DNA from: a virus
Reading direction: 5' to 3' (one strand)
DNA length: 64,000 bases
Virus record (IMG/VR): IMGVR_UViG_3300047547_000167
Coordinates: 1-64,000 of that record
The notes under the pieces are model-generated. The model had not been told where the DNA came from, did not search any database, and saw only the letters and a list, made by a program, of their open reading frames with translations. Shown piece after piece: positions 27,539-37,461 of this stretch. Both the position numbers and the translations under genes were made by a program. Positions within the stretch are counted from its first letter, which is position 1. Each line of letters starts with the position of its first letter.

Positions 27539-28117
27539 ATGAAACCCTACGTTCCCCAGCCCGGCACCATCCCCAACCGCGTCATCGAGCACCTGAAAAG
27601 ACTGTCGCCAGACACCGAACTGGCCACTGCAGTGCTGGCTGAGATCGTCGGCCAAGACACCAAGCAAATGGCGGCATGCCTGGCCTCGCCCCGCAAGCAT
27701 GGCGCGTTGATCATGCGCAAGCGCGAAGACGGCATCCACGTCTGGTCGCTTGGAAGCGGCAAGCCCACACCGCTGCCGCCAGATCACACGCCCGACGAAC
27801 CGCTGCACCCCGTGCCAAAGACCCCCGCCAAGCCCGCGTCGCCGTTTGACCTGCGCAAGCCGCGTGCACTGACGCCGCGCGAGGCCAAGCCGACCCCGCC
27901 CGCCGATCCACCCCCGGCCCCGGACACGTACATCGGAATTCCGATATCCACCATCACCGCCATCCCCGCGCCAGAACCCATCAAAGAGTCATGCGTCCGG
28001 TTCGGCTATTTCAGCGACGGCTGCCTGATCATTGAGAAGATAGGCAACCGGATCGGGCTGACAGAAGAAGAAGCGCAAAACCTGATCAAATTCATACAAA
28101 AACACGCACAGCAATAA
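27539..28117 (+). CDS. putative wHTH protein with Pro-rich linker
   Basis: YVPQPGTIP..V; helix-turn-helix-like N-terminus. Confidence 0.6.
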   Translation: MKPYVPQPGTIPNRVIEHLKRLSPDTELATAVLAEIVGQDTKQMAACLASPRKHGALIMRKREDGIHVWSLGSGKPTPLPPDHTPDEPLHPVPKTPAKPASPFDLRKPRALTPREAKPTPPADPPPAPDTYIGIPISTITAIPAPEPIKESCVRFGYFSDGCLIIEKIGNRIGLTEEEAQNLIKFIQKHAQQ

Positions 28118-28134
28118 AATTGTTGCAGTAGAAT
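28112..28134 (+). promoter_or_regulatory. operator variant + TAGAAT
   Basis: CAATAAAATTGTTGCAG-TAGAAT. Confidence 0.6.
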
Positions 28135-28172
28135 AGGGGCCGGGAATTGCCCCTTTTTTTCATTTCAAGACC

Positions 28173-28364
28173 ATGAACATCCTCGAACACTTCAAGCGCC
28201 CAAGCGCCGAATTGCTGGCCAAACGCGAACTCGAAGAAGCGCGACGCGAACTGCTCGCCGCCGAGAGCGCAGCCGAGTACGCGCAAAAGATGGCGGCCTA
28301 CCACTCCGCCCGCATCACCCGCCTGACCGCATTCATCAGCCGTTCCACCACCCAAGCATCATGA
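28173..28364 (+). CDS. hypothetical helical protein
   Basis: 63 aa, coupled to rdgC. Confidence 0.7.
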   Translation: MNILEHFKRPSAELLAKRELEEARRELLAAESAAEYAQKMAAYHSARITRLTAFISRSTTQAS

Positions 28365-29296
28365 TCAAAAACGCCCACGTCTACCGCGCCGACATCCCGA
28401 CCGATCTAGTCGCACTCCACAACCACCTGTCCGAGCGCTCGTTTTCAGAGCCACTCAGCAACCAGACACAGAGCCACGGCTTTGTGCCGCCATTCGGCCA
28501 GGGATGCACCCTCGTCGGCGCCTACCTGGGCGGCATGGCCTTCAGCCTGCGCGTGGACACCAAGGTGATGCCCGCCAGCGCAATCAACGCCGAGGTGAAC
28601 AAGCGCGTCGCCCTGCGCCTGGAGCAAACCGGCCAGAAGCGCCTGAGCAAGCTGGAGCGCGCCGACATCAAGGACGTGGTGCGCTCCGAGTTTTGTGCAA
28701 AAGCTATCGTCACCACGGCGGTGATAAACATTTTCTATGACACCGAGTCCCGGTTCTTGGTGGTGGCCACAGCCAGCCAGCGCATGGCCGATCTGGTCAC
28801 CACGGCGCTGGTGGGAGCCATCGGCAGCATGAAGACCGAGACGATCAACGTCAGCAGCGTCAAGCTGGGCCTCACCACCCGCCTGACCGAATGGCTGCCC
28901 CGCGTTGACGCGGAAGGCGACCAGCTCGAAGGCGACATGGATGCCTTCGGTGAATTCAGCCCAACCGGCGAAGTGGCCATGGCCAACGCCGCGCGCCACA
29001 AGCTGACCGTCAAGGCCGACACGCTGGCTGCCGCCACGGACGCCCTGATCGAAGCCATCAAGCGCGGGTACAGCGTCACGTCGATCCGCCTGGCCCACGG
29101 CTGCTGCACCTTCCGCTTGACCTCCGACTTCCACCTGCGCGGCATCGACATCCCGCGCGAGGAAAACCCGGTGGGCAACGACTGGGAGCACGAAGCCGCG
29201 TGGGAGATGACCAACGTCGTCGCGGTGATGAACGACCTCTGCGCCATGTTTGCCTACAAGGCGCCCGAAGGTGCCGAGGAAGGCGGTGAGGCATGA
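28361..29296 (+). CDS. rdgC: recombination-associated protein RdgC
   Basis: IKNAHVYR, SHGFVPP, KVMPASAI, DIKDVV..KA. Confidence 0.85.
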   Translation: MIKNAHVYRADIPTDLVALHNHLSERSFSEPLSNQTQSHGFVPPFGQGCTLVGAYLGGMAFSLRVDTKVMPASAINAEVNKRVALRLEQTGQKRLSKLERADIKDVVRSEFCAKAIVTTAVINIFYDTESRFLVVATASQRMADLVTTALVGAIGSMKTETINVSSVKLGLTTRLTEWLPRVDAEGDQLEGDMDAFGEFSPTGEVAMANAARHKLTVKADTLAAATDALIEAIKRGYSVTSIRLAHGCCTFRLTSDFHLRGIDIPREENPVGNDWEHEAAWEMTNVVAVMNDLCAMFAYKAPEGAEEGGEA

Positions 29297-29520
29297 CCAA
29301 CCAGGAAACCGTCATGCAGCTGGCCGAGCTGCTGCTGATGCGGGCCGCCGAGCTGGGAATGAACGTCACCATCACCCGCGTCCCCAACCACCCACTGGCC
29401 ATGGGCAACATGCGCGACGTGATCGAGGTGTGGCCCATCCGCCAGCTGGCGGAGCCCATCCGCCGCGCCCCCACCGTCCAGCACCTGCCCGCCGACGACA
29501 CGGAAGGCGGTGAGCTGTGA
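29293..29520 (+). CDS. hypothetical protein
   Basis: PLAMGN motif; coupled. Confidence 0.6.
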   Translation: MTNQETVMQLAELLLMRAAELGMNVTITRVPNHPLAMGNMRDVIEVWPIRQLAEPIRRAPTVQHLPADDTEGGEL

Positions 29521-30314
29521 AGCAATACACCGACCTCGTGAAACACGTGATCGACAACGGCGAGATGCGCACCGACCGCACGGGCGTGGGCACGCTGAGC
29601 GTCTTCGGCGGCATGCTTGAGTTCGACCTGCGCGAGCGCTTCCCGCTGGTGCAGGCGAAGGAAACGCGCTGGCGCACGGCGTTTCTGGAAATGCTGTGGT
29701 TCCTGCGCGGCGAGGACAACACCGACTGGCTGCGCGCCAACGACTGCAAGTTGTGGGATGCGTGGACGGACGACGACGGGTACCTTGGGCCGGTTTACGG
29801 CGTGCAGTGGCGCAGCTGGCCAGCCAACGAAGGCCCATGGCACGACCAGATCAAAGCCATGATCGAAGGCCTGCGCAACAACCCCACCAGCCGCCGGCAC
29901 ATCGTCACAGCGTGGAACGTGGCCGACCTGAACGACATGGCCCTGCCACCCTGCCACTGGGCCCACCAGTGCTACGTCGCAAACGGCTGGCTGGACATGA
30001 TCGTGCACCAGCGCAGCTGGGACTTGGGTCTGGGTGCACCCTTCAACATCGCCCAGTACGCCCTGCTCCAGCACCTGTACGCCCGCGCCGCTGGCCTGAA
30101 GCCCCGGCACATGAAGTTTGCCTACGGCGACGCCCACGTCTACCTGAACCACGTCGGTGCCCTGGAGGAAATGCTGGGCCGCCAGTACCAGCCAGACAGC
30201 GCCAGCCTGGTGTTCAAAGCCGACAACACCGACATCGACGGCTACAAGCCCGGCGACTTCGACATCGAGGGCTACGAGCCGCAGCCGTTCATCAAGCTGG
30301 AGGTGGCCCTGTGA
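29517..30314 (+). CDS. thyA: thymidylate synthase
   Basis: DRTGVGT, LGPVYGVQWR, SRRH, MALPPCH, QRSWD, PFN, DAHVYLNH. Confidence 0.95.
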   Translation: MKQYTDLVKHVIDNGEMRTDRTGVGTLSVFGGMLEFDLRERFPLVQAKETRWRTAFLEMLWFLRGEDNTDWLRANDCKLWDAWTDDDGYLGPVYGVQWRSWPANEGPWHDQIKAMIEGLRNNPTSRRHIVTAWNVADLNDMALPPCHWAHQCYVANGWLDMIVHQRSWDLGLGAPFNIAQYALLQHLYARAAGLKPRHMKFAYGDAHVYLNHVGALEEMLGRQYQPDSASLVFKADNTDIDGYKPGDFDIEGYEPQPFIKLEVAL

Positions 30315-30607
30315 ACCCGCCAACCCACCCAGGCCAACGCTGCCGCGTCATCGGCGGCCGCATGGCCTTCAACGGCGAGGGCCAGGGGCCCAACCAGGGC
30401 AAAGAGGTCATCACCGTCTTCATGCACGATGAGAAGGCGGGCGTGGAGCAGGAGAACGTCTGGCGCTGCCGAGCGGCCAGCGGGCACGCGCTCCAGACCT
30501 ACTACGGGGCGGGCACCGAGGCTGACTTTTTGGAGTGCTGGCTGGAAATCGTTGAGCCGCCAAAGCAGGTGAACACGACCACCACCGAGCGCGAGGTCAA
30601 AGCCTGA
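30311..30607 (+). CDS. hypothetical protein
   Basis: GTGA coupling. Confidence 0.6.
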   Translation: MNPPTHPGQRCRVIGGRMAFNGEGQGPNQGKEVITVFMHDEKAGVEQENVWRCRAASGHALQTYYGAGTEADFLECWLEIVEPPKQVNTTTTEREVKA

Positions 30608-30927
30608 TGGCACAAGTCCGGGTAAACGCGCTTTCGTTCGCAATGATGGTCCGGGCCTTGTATGACGGCCCCAAGACCCTGCACCAGCTCTGCGAGATCA
30701 CGGGCCTCCACGTTTGGACGGCCCGTCATTACGTCAAGGCGATGCAAAAGCAGGAGGTGGTGCACATCACCGGCTGGACGAAGGACAGCATGGGCCGCGA
30801 CGCCATCGCCCACTACGCCCTCGGCATGGGCTTGGACATGCCGCGCGAGTGCAAGACAGGCGCACAGAAGCAGCAGGCACTGAGGGCCCGCAGGCGGGCT
30901 GCCGTCGAGGCCGCGAACAACTCCTGA
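30607..30927 (+). CDS. wHTH DNA-binding protein
   Basis: TLHQLCEITGLHVWTARHYV..VHITGW. Confidence 0.65.
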   Translation: MAQVRVNALSFAMMVRALYDGPKTLHQLCEITGLHVWTARHYVKAMQKQEVVHITGWTKDSMGRDAIAHYALGMGLDMPRECKTGAQKQQALRARRRAAVEAANNS

Positions 30928-30946
30928 CACCAGGGTGGCCTGGGCA

Positions 30947-30973
30947 CAAAAAAACCGCCAGATGGCGGTTTTG
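30947..30973. terminator. bidirectional intrinsic terminator
   Basis: AAAAAAACCGCCA-GA-TGGCGGTTTT between convergent genes. Confidence 0.75.
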
Positions 30974-30989
30974 TCGTTTGGGCAGCTGG

Positions 30990-33737
30990 TCAGATTGGGG
31001 GCTCGTCGTCGTCCAGGACCAGGGACAGCGGAACGGTGATGACCTTGCTGTTGGTGCCCGCGTACTTCCGCGTCCGGTTCCCGTAGTTGGTCGCGCCAGG
31101 CAGGCGTGACAGCTGGCCGCGAAGGTCTGTCACGTAGGCCGTGTCCTTCACCAGCGCATTCAGGTTGGTCGAGCGCACGCCGAACAGGATGGCCTTGTCC
31201 TCGATCATCATCCCGTTTCGGCGCAGGATATCCATGCAAAGTGGGCCGCCAATCGAGGTCGAGCTGACCTGGCGGCCAACCGCCTCGGACAGAATCTCGT
31301 GCACGGTCACGTCGGAGTTCGCCACGCGAATCTTGGCCTCCATGATGGCAGCCAGGGCCTTCTCTGGATCGCCAGGCCCGCCGGACACGTCGGTGTGGTC
31401 CGTCCAGTCGTAGCTGTTGATCATGGCCAGCGCCTCGGCTTCGCTTGCCACCTTGCTGGACGTCAGGCACCACGTACCGGCCAGCAGCGTGCCGTACTGG
31501 TCACCCTGGCGCTGCGTCCCAAACCGAGCGGCAGCGACCCGGCAGAACACCTCGACGTTGGCGATGACAGTGGGCAGCAGCCAGAGGCCGCGAGCCAGGA
31601 TGCGGGCAGGCCAGGTGCCGTCGCGCTTGATCTTGTGGAGCGACTCCTCCAGCTTTTGCCACTGGTCGTCCGACGCGCCCGACTTGGCCGCAGGCCTCAG
31701 CACCAAGGGCGTGATGCGAGACTGGTCCGAGTCCTTGTCGAGCATGGTGTTGATCGAGGCCACGCAAAACATCGACCGGATGTGGAACCGCATGGAGTCG
31801 CCAGAAACCGTGCCCTTGGCCGTCTGGTGCGCGCCTTCGGATGACGACTGGCGCATCAGCATCATGATGGACTTCATGCGTTTGCGGTCGCCCTCGTCGT
31901 TGGGCTCGAACTCGTCAATCAGCGCGGGAACAGCGTCCGCCCGCAGGGTTTGCCGGATGCCGGGCTCGGTGGAATCGCCCTGGAACGGCTCCGAGATGCC
32001 AGACAGCAGCGCCTGAACGTAGTCACTCTGGATTGTGGACTTGCCGGACCCGGCCGCGCCAGTGATCCAGACGTGGGGCCGCCAATTCAGCGCGCCACCA
32101 ATCGGGCTCAGGAACACCCAGCCCGCCAGCAGCGCAGCGGAGCCGGGCCGCGTCCAGCGCGCCATCTTCGCCACTTCGAGCATGTGCTGGCCATCCTCGT
32201 CGGACAGCGGCGTCTCGGCAGGCGGCGTCATGGTCCGCGACATGGGATAGACCCAGCGCGACTCGATATCGGTTATGTCCGTCCGCACGCCATCGACGGA
32301 CAGGTAGTCGCCGTGGTGGAAGACCGCCCGGCCATTGTCGCGCCAGGCGCCACGGCCGCGTACATTCCGGGGGTCGTACACGCCACGCTTGTGAGCAATT
32401 GCCATGATCCACTCGAAGGCCTGCACGCGGTTGACGCCGCCTTTGTCGCCCGGGAAATGCATCTCCCACCAGTTCGTGGGGGCCAGCTCCGCCAACCCCA
32501 TGTCGCTGAAGTCCTGCCGCGAGCGGTGGAGCACCATCCGCTTGGCGCGGTGGAAAAAATAGTAGTAGTCGCCGTCGTAGCCCAGGATGGCAAAGTGCCC
32601 GTGGTCGAGAAGCGCCTCGTCTTCGCCATCCAGCGCCGGGATTGAAGGCTGGCCTTCCGGTGGGGGCTCATCGGGCGAGGCGGGCTCCCCCTCCCAAGGC
32701 GGCAAATCATCAGGCGGCACCGGCGCAGGCGCAGGAGCCAGCGCGGCATCAATGACGCCGGCCACGGCCTCCAGCCCCTCGGACTGCTGCAAGTCGTTGA
32801 AGTCGCCAGGAGGCGGCACGGCCACCAGGCCGCCGACGGCATCGGCCGCCTTGCGCGCAGCGGTCACGCCAGGGTTGCCCGCCGTCTGGGTGTCGTTGTC
32901 GGCAGCGAACAGGATGATGGCGTCGGGCTTGGCCGCGCGCAGCTTCTCGGCCACGCGCAACAGGTTCGAGGTGTCGAAGCACACCAGCACCAGGTGGCCG
33001 GTGGCCGCGTGCACGCTGGCACACGTGGCGTAGCCCTCGCCCAGCACGTAGACCACCCGGCCGTCGTGCTGCCGGGGCTTGCCGATTGGGAAGAAGTTGC
33101 CCGACTTGGCCCCGTCTTTGAAAAAGCGCTTCTTGCCACCTTCCTCTGGGTCGATGCCCTGAAGGCTCCAGAGCTTGCCCTTGTTGTCCTTGATCGGGAT
33201 GAGCAGAGACTGCTGCGTGACCACGAACACCTCGCCGGTGTCGGGGTCCACGCGCTCCCAGGTGCCCACACGCAAGCCGTAGGACGAAACGCCCTTGCGG
33301 GCGAGGTAGGGATGGGCGCCGCCAGGCGAAGCCGCGTCCCAGATTTGCTGGGCACGCACGGCGCGCTCTTCATGGAGCGCCGCCTCTTCAGCGGCGGCCT
33401 GGGCGGCACGCTCAGCAGCCCGAGCGCGGTCGGCGTCGATCTCGGCCTTGGAGCGCTTCTTGTGGGTGCCAGCGTCCACCCAGCCCGCCGACTTGGCGTC
33501 GTAGAACAGGCTGGCAATGGTCAGCTTGCCCGCCGTCTTGATCGACTTCCACACCGACTTGGCCGCGCCAGCGCTGTAGCTGTCGCACTGGGAGCCCCAC
33601 TGGTCCCAAATTTCAAAGCCCTCGTCGGGAAACTCGCTCTTGATGCAGGTCGCGGCGCGAACCCAAACCTCACGGCTCGCCGGGTTGAGGTAGCTCAGCG
33701 CAGACCGGACACGCTCAATGCTGGTGGCGTCATGCAT
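30990..33737 (-). CDS. primase-helicase (PriCT-2 + TOPRIM + P-loop helicase)
   Basis: WDQW..W.S N-domain, HPYLARKG, EGYAT, AADND, DFNDL, GAAGSGKST, LIDE. Confidence 0.85.
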   Translation of the reverse strand: MHDATSIERVRSALSYLNPASREVWVRAATCIKSEFPDEGFEIWDQWGSQCDSYSAGAAKSVWKSIKTAGKLTIASLFYDAKSAGWVDAGTHKKRSKAEIDADRARAAERAAQAAAEEAALHEERAVRAQQIWDAASPGGAHPYLARKGVSSYGLRVGTWERVDPDTGEVFVVTQQSLLIPIKDNKGKLWSLQGIDPEEGGKKRFFKDGAKSGNFFPIGKPRQHDGRVVYVLGEGYATCASVHAATGHLVLVCFDTSNLLRVAEKLRAAKPDAIILFAADNDTQTAGNPGVTAARKAADAVGGLVAVPPPGDFNDLQQSEGLEAVAGVIDAALAPAPAPVPPDDLPPWEGEPASPDEPPPEGQPSIPALDGEDEALLDHGHFAILGYDGDYYYFFHRAKRMVLHRSRQDFSDMGLAELAPTNWWEMHFPGDKGGVNRVQAFEWIMAIAHKRGVYDPRNVRGRGAWRDNGRAVFHHGDYLSVDGVRTDITDIESRWVYPMSRTMTPPAETPLSDEDGQHMLEVAKMARWTRPGSAALLAGWVFLSPIGGALNWRPHVWITGAAGSGKSTIQSDYVQALLSGISEPFQGDSTEPGIRQTLRADAVPALIDEFEPNDEGDRKRMKSIMMLMRQSSSEGAHQTAKGTVSGDSMRFHIRSMFCVASINTMLDKDSDQSRITPLVLRPAAKSGASDDQWQKLEESLHKIKRDGTWPARILARGLWLLPTVIANVEVFCRVAAARFGTQRQGDQYGTLLAGTWCLTSSKVASEAEALAMINSYDWTDHTDVSGGPGDPEKALAAIMEAKIRVANSDVTVHEILSEAVGRQVSSTSIGGPLCMDILRRNGMMIEDKAILFGVRSTNLNALVKDTAYVTDLRGQLSRLPGATNYGNRTRKYAGTNSKVITVPLSLVLDDDEPPI

Positions 33738-33764
33738 AGACGCCCCTGAAGAAAGATGAAGACA

Positions 33765-33869
33765 AACCGCACTCCCCACGGAATCCTCCCCGACAAGTAA
33801 AGGTGGGCGGCGCGCACAGGGGGAGGACTGCGCGCGCCTTTTCAGCCGGTAGCTAACCGGCGTAGCCCA
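33765..33869 (-). ncRNA. structured leader RNA upstream of primase (multi-stem, c4/CI-like)
   Basis: GGGC/GCCC closing stem, GCCGGT-TAGCT-ACCGGC hairpin, GAAAAG, GC hairpin with GTCCTCCCC loop. Confidence 0.5.
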
Positions 33870-33938
33870 AAAACGATTGTGGCCACACGGCGACCGAGTC
33901 GCTGACGTGAAGCCGGGAATTCGTGTGAAGGCTGCATC

Positions 33939-34382
33939 TTACAGCGGATCGGGGGCGCTCCCACGCCGCCATGCTGCAATAATTTCAACAGCCTGCTCGG
34001 GCGAGCTGGCAAACCCAGCGATCCCGCCAGCGCGGTGCATCTGCTGCACGAAGTTGATCTGCGCGTCGCGTTTGCGACCGCCGCCGCTGGCCTTGCACTC
34101 CACGCCAGTGAAGACGGGGATGGTTCGGCCCACCATGTCTGGGGTGATGACCACAGGGGTCCAGCCTATGAGGTCGGGCGCCCCTTGGAGCGGGTCACCA
34201 GTCGGAAGCGCAAGACCCAAAGCCACAGGGCGACTGCCAGGCGGCAGAACAACGGAGCCGTCGTTAAGCCGCCTGACCTCGCCATGACACACCCAGCCCT
34301 TGCCAGTATTCAACCTGAACAGGCGACTGACCGGCCCGAGGGCCAGCCACACCTGGCGCATGACGGTGGACTCGGTAGCCAT
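33939..34382 (-). CDS. VRR-NUC domain nuclease
   Basis: LFRLNTG, GAPDLIG, VECK, Q..F....GGIAG. Confidence 0.85.
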   Translation of the reverse strand: MATESTVMRQVWLALGPVSRLFRLNTGKGWVCHGEVRRLNDGSVVLPPGSRPVALGLALPTGDPLQGAPDLIGWTPVVITPDMVGRTIPVFTGVECKASGGGRKRDAQINFVQQMHRAGGIAGFASSPEQAVEIIAAWRRGSAPDPL

Positions 34383-34903
34383 CAGCGGGGCACCACGCGG
34401 TAGGCGATCACGTCGCTGGGGAGGCCTCGATGCTCCCAGATGAAAATCGAGGCGCGCCCCATGCGGGGAATCTTGCCACGGCGCTGGCACTCAACGACCA
34501 CGCTGGGGCCAACGGGGGCCGTCCCACCACTCCACTTGATCCACCAGCCAGTAGTATCCACCACCGCCCCAGCAAACGCCACGCTGTCCGGGTCGTACTC
34601 AGGCGGCGGCGGGATGACCACGGCGTCGGCAGCGGCATCCTCGTCCAGCATTTCCAGCCGACGCGTCAGCGTGTCGATGGCTTCCTGCACGTCGCGCCTG
34701 AAGTCCTTGCCAGCGCCACGGCCACCAGGGGCGACCAGCTTCTTGATGGCGTGCCCCAGGGCCTGGTCGGTGACGCCGAACAGGTCCAGCATGCGGTAGA
34801 TGTCAATCTCGCTCAGGTGGGCTACCGAGCGGAAGTAGTGGGCGTGTTTACGTGCGCCAGCCTGGTTTTTGCTTTGGGTTGTGGACGTCATGGTAGTGGT
34901 CAT
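34382..34903 (-). CDS. DUF3310-related protein
   Basis: HYF...IDIYR...HAIKK....RG.GKD..DVQEA. Confidence 0.55.
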   Translation of the reverse strand: MTTTMTSTTQSKNQAGARKHAHYFRSVAHLSEIDIYRMLDLFGVTDQALGHAIKKLVAPGGRGAGKDFRRDVQEAIDTLTRRLEMLDEDAAADAVVIPPPPEYDPDSVAFAGAVVDTTGWWIKWSGGTAPVGPSVVVECQRRGKIPRMGRASIFIWEHRGLPSDVIAYRVVPR

Positions 34904-35321
34904 CGGGGTAAGCCAAGTGAATCTCTCTGTGGTGAGGTGGACAAAGCCAGATCACATCAAGGGGGCGGGAGTAGTCAGGGTGGTGCGCCTCAACGTCCGC
35001 AGCGCCACAGCACGCGCAAGGCTGCTTTGCCAGCCTGCCGGTCTTCAAGGCGGCGGCCACTGCGCCGTTTGCTTTGTAGCGATCAGGAAACCGACGCCGG
35101 TATTCCGCCGTTCTCTCATGGCCGAGGTGGACACGGTGCGGGAGTTTTGACCGCTCACGGTCATAAGCGCGTATCGCGTCGCCGTTGGCGCGACGATGCT
35201 CAAGCATGTCGCGCTTTGTGCACGCCTTGCATTTGTTGAGGTGTCCATCCGCCATCATTTTGTGCCGGTAGAACTCCGACAGCGGCTGGCAAACACCACA
35301 CTTGAAGCACGCTTTCACCAA
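34848..35321 (-). CDS. HNH-like Zn-finger protein
   Basis: CFKC..CKAC; HHPDYSRPLDVIWLC..HH. Confidence 0.7.
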   Translation of the reverse strand: MVKACFKCGVCQPLSEFYRHKMMADGHLNKCKACTKRDMLEHRRANGDAIRAYDRERSKLPHRVHLGHERTAEYRRRFPDRYKANGAVAAALKTGRLAKQPCACCGAADVEAHHPDYSRPLDVIWLCPPHHREIHLAYPDDHYHDVHNPKQKPGWRT

Positions 35322-35773
35322 GGCCCCCGCATCGGAGCGAATGGGATGTCGTCATCCATTGCGCCATACCCACCACCAGCAGGCGCGGCAGCCGGTGCAC
35401 GCGCTGGCGCGGGAGCAGGAGCTGGTGCGCCGCCTTCAGGCTTTGCCCCCAGCAACTGGAAGTCCTGGCCCCGCACCTCGGTGACGTACTTCTCGGCCCC
35501 GTCCTTGTCGGTGTACTTGCGCACCGAGAACTCGCCGTTCGCCCGCATCTGCGAGCCCTTCTTGGCGTACTGGCCAATCAGCTCGGCGGTCTTCCCAAAG
35601 AACGAGAACGGCACCCAGGTGGTCTGCTCCTTCATTTCACCGGTGGCCTTGTCCTTCCACTTTTTGCCCACCGCCAGCGAGATGTTCACCGCCGCGTCGC
35701 CGTTGGGCATGCGGCGCACCTCGGGATCACGCCCCAGGCGTCCGATGACGCAAACCAAATTCAAATCAGCCAT
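35315..35773 (-). CDS. ssb: single-stranded DNA-binding protein
   Basis: IGRLGRDPEVR, KKGS, DDDIPF (plus a 7-aa extension). Confidence 0.95.
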   Translation of the reverse strand: MADLNLVCVIGRLGRDPEVRRMPNGDAAVNISLAVGKKWKDKATGEMKEQTTWVPFSFFGKTAELIGQYAKKGSQMRANGEFSVRKYTDKDGAEKYVTEVRGQDFQLLGAKPEGGAPAPAPAPARAPAAAPAGGGYGAMDDDIPFAPMRGPW

Positions 35774-35800
35774 AACGAATACCCTTTCAAAAACTCACGG

Positions 35801-37411
35801 TTAGAAGGCCCGTGATTTGCCCGAATTCTTGCGCTGCCGCGCGTTCCACAAGTGTTGCGCCCACCCCCGGGAATAACCACGCTGGGCCGCGATCTTCTCC
35901 AGCTCCTCCAGCGTTTTCGCCCCCGCCACCTCGACCTTCTTCTGTCGCTTCAACGCTTCCTCCATTTCCGGGGTGATCTCGGCCAGCTCGCCGTCCACGT
36001 GCTCGGGGCCCTTGCGGACGCGCCCTGGGATGGCGTGCCCGCAATTGGGGCAGACGTGCTCCTGGCCAGCGGGCCGGTCCTTGGGGTCGAAAACCGAGTA
36101 GCACTGGGGGCACTGCGTGAGGTCGATCTTGGGCTCGTCGTCCTTCTTCTTGCCCTTCTTCTTTTTGATGCCGTCCAAGTCCCACTCGCGCTCGGCGTCG
36201 GCGAAGCCGTGCTTCTGCCAGAGCCCGCAGTGGTCGATGACAAAGCACTTGCGCCCCTTGGGGCCGGCGTCGATGGCCGCAAAGCGCTGCTCCGCAGTGT
36301 CCAGCGGCATGCCGGGCGCGAAGATGGGGCGCAGTCCGCGCCCGATGGTTTGCAGGTAGGACGACAGGCTCATGGTGAGCCGCAGCAGGATGACGGCGCC
36401 GATGGCCGGGCAGTCCACGCCTTCCACTAGGAGCATGGCGAACGTGATCAGCTTCAGACGGCCGTCGGACAGCATCTGGAGCGCGCGGTCGCGTTCCTCG
36501 CTGGTGTTCTCGCCCGACAGCGCCAGCGCCGGGATACCGGCGGCGTTGAACTCCTCTGCGACGTGCCGGGCGTGGGCCACGTTGGTGCACCAGGCCACAG
36601 CTGGAACACCGGGGCAGATTTTCTTGTATTCAGCGATGGCGCTCCCGGTGATGACGGGCTTGTCCATCAGGTCGGCCATGGCGTCGGCGTCGTAGTCGCC
36701 GCCCACCTTCTTCACGCCAGACAGGTCGATTTGCTGCTTGGAGGCGAACACGGCGGGCTTCACAAGATAGCCGTTGGCTATCAACTCCTTGATGCTGATA
36801 CCCTGCACCATGGTGTCAAAGCAGCCGCCAGCGTGGCGACCCAGGCCCTTGCCGTCCAGGCGCACCGGGGAGCCGGTCACACCCAGCACGCGGGCCTGGG
36901 GCCACGCGGCCAGGATGTCCATGTAGGACTTGGCGGCGCTGAGGTGGCACTCATCGATGACGATCAGGTCGAAGCCCACGCCCACCGCCTTCATTTTGTC
37001 GATGCGGCGCACCAGCGTCTGCACGCTGGCCACTTGCACCAGGCGGCGAGGGTTGGGGGTGAACCCGGCCATGATGATGCCGTGCTGCACGCCGTTGTCG
37101 TCCAGCTTGCGGCTGGCCTGTTTGATGAGCTGGTCGCGGTGCGCCAGGATGAGCACGCGAGAGCCTTTAGCGGCGGCCGACTTGGCGATGTAGCTGAACA
37201 CGACCGTTTTGCCGGCACCGGTTGCAGCCACCAGCAGGACGGCCTTATGCCCGTTGCGGTACTCGATGCGGACCTTGTCCACGAAGTCGTGCTGGTAATC
37301 GCGCAGGCTCACAGTCGGCGCAGGCGCGGCTGGTCGAGCAGCAGGCGCGGGCCTTGGAGCGGCTGCATTGATGGCGGCAGCCAGGCGCCCGGGTTGATGG
37401 GGAGCGTTCAT
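35801..37411 (-). CDS. SF2 DExH helicase with Zn ribbon
   Basis: LRDYQ, ATGAGKT, DECH, EGVD, QTIGRGLR, CPQC/CPNC. Confidence 0.9.
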   Translation of the reverse strand: MNAPHQPGRLAAAINAAAPRPAPAARPAAPAPTVSLRDYQHDFVDKVRIEYRNGHKAVLLVAATGAGKTVVFSYIAKSAAAKGSRVLILAHRDQLIKQASRKLDDNGVQHGIIMAGFTPNPRRLVQVASVQTLVRRIDKMKAVGVGFDLIVIDECHLSAAKSYMDILAAWPQARVLGVTGSPVRLDGKGLGRHAGGCFDTMVQGISIKELIANGYLVKPAVFASKQQIDLSGVKKVGGDYDADAMADLMDKPVITGSAIAEYKKICPGVPAVAWCTNVAHARHVAEEFNAAGIPALALSGENTSEERDRALQMLSDGRLKLITFAMLLVEGVDCPAIGAVILLRLTMSLSSYLQTIGRGLRPIFAPGMPLDTAEQRFAAIDAGPKGRKCFVIDHCGLWQKHGFADAEREWDLDGIKKKKGKKKDDEPKIDLTQCPQCYSVFDPKDRPAGQEHVCPNCGHAIPGRVRKGPEHVDGELAEITPEMEEALKRQKKVEVAGAKTLEELEKIAAQRGYSRGWAQHLWNARQRKNSGKSRAF

Positions 37412-37461
37412 GAAGTAAAGCGCGGCATCAGTAAAAGTCCGCGTTCAAAAAGAGTGGAAGA

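Noticed and set aside
29517-30314. ThyA as a base-modification (hydroxymethylase) enzyme
   Set aside because: All canonical dUMP-specific motifs including PFN are present; no modification cluster or phage polymerase is visible
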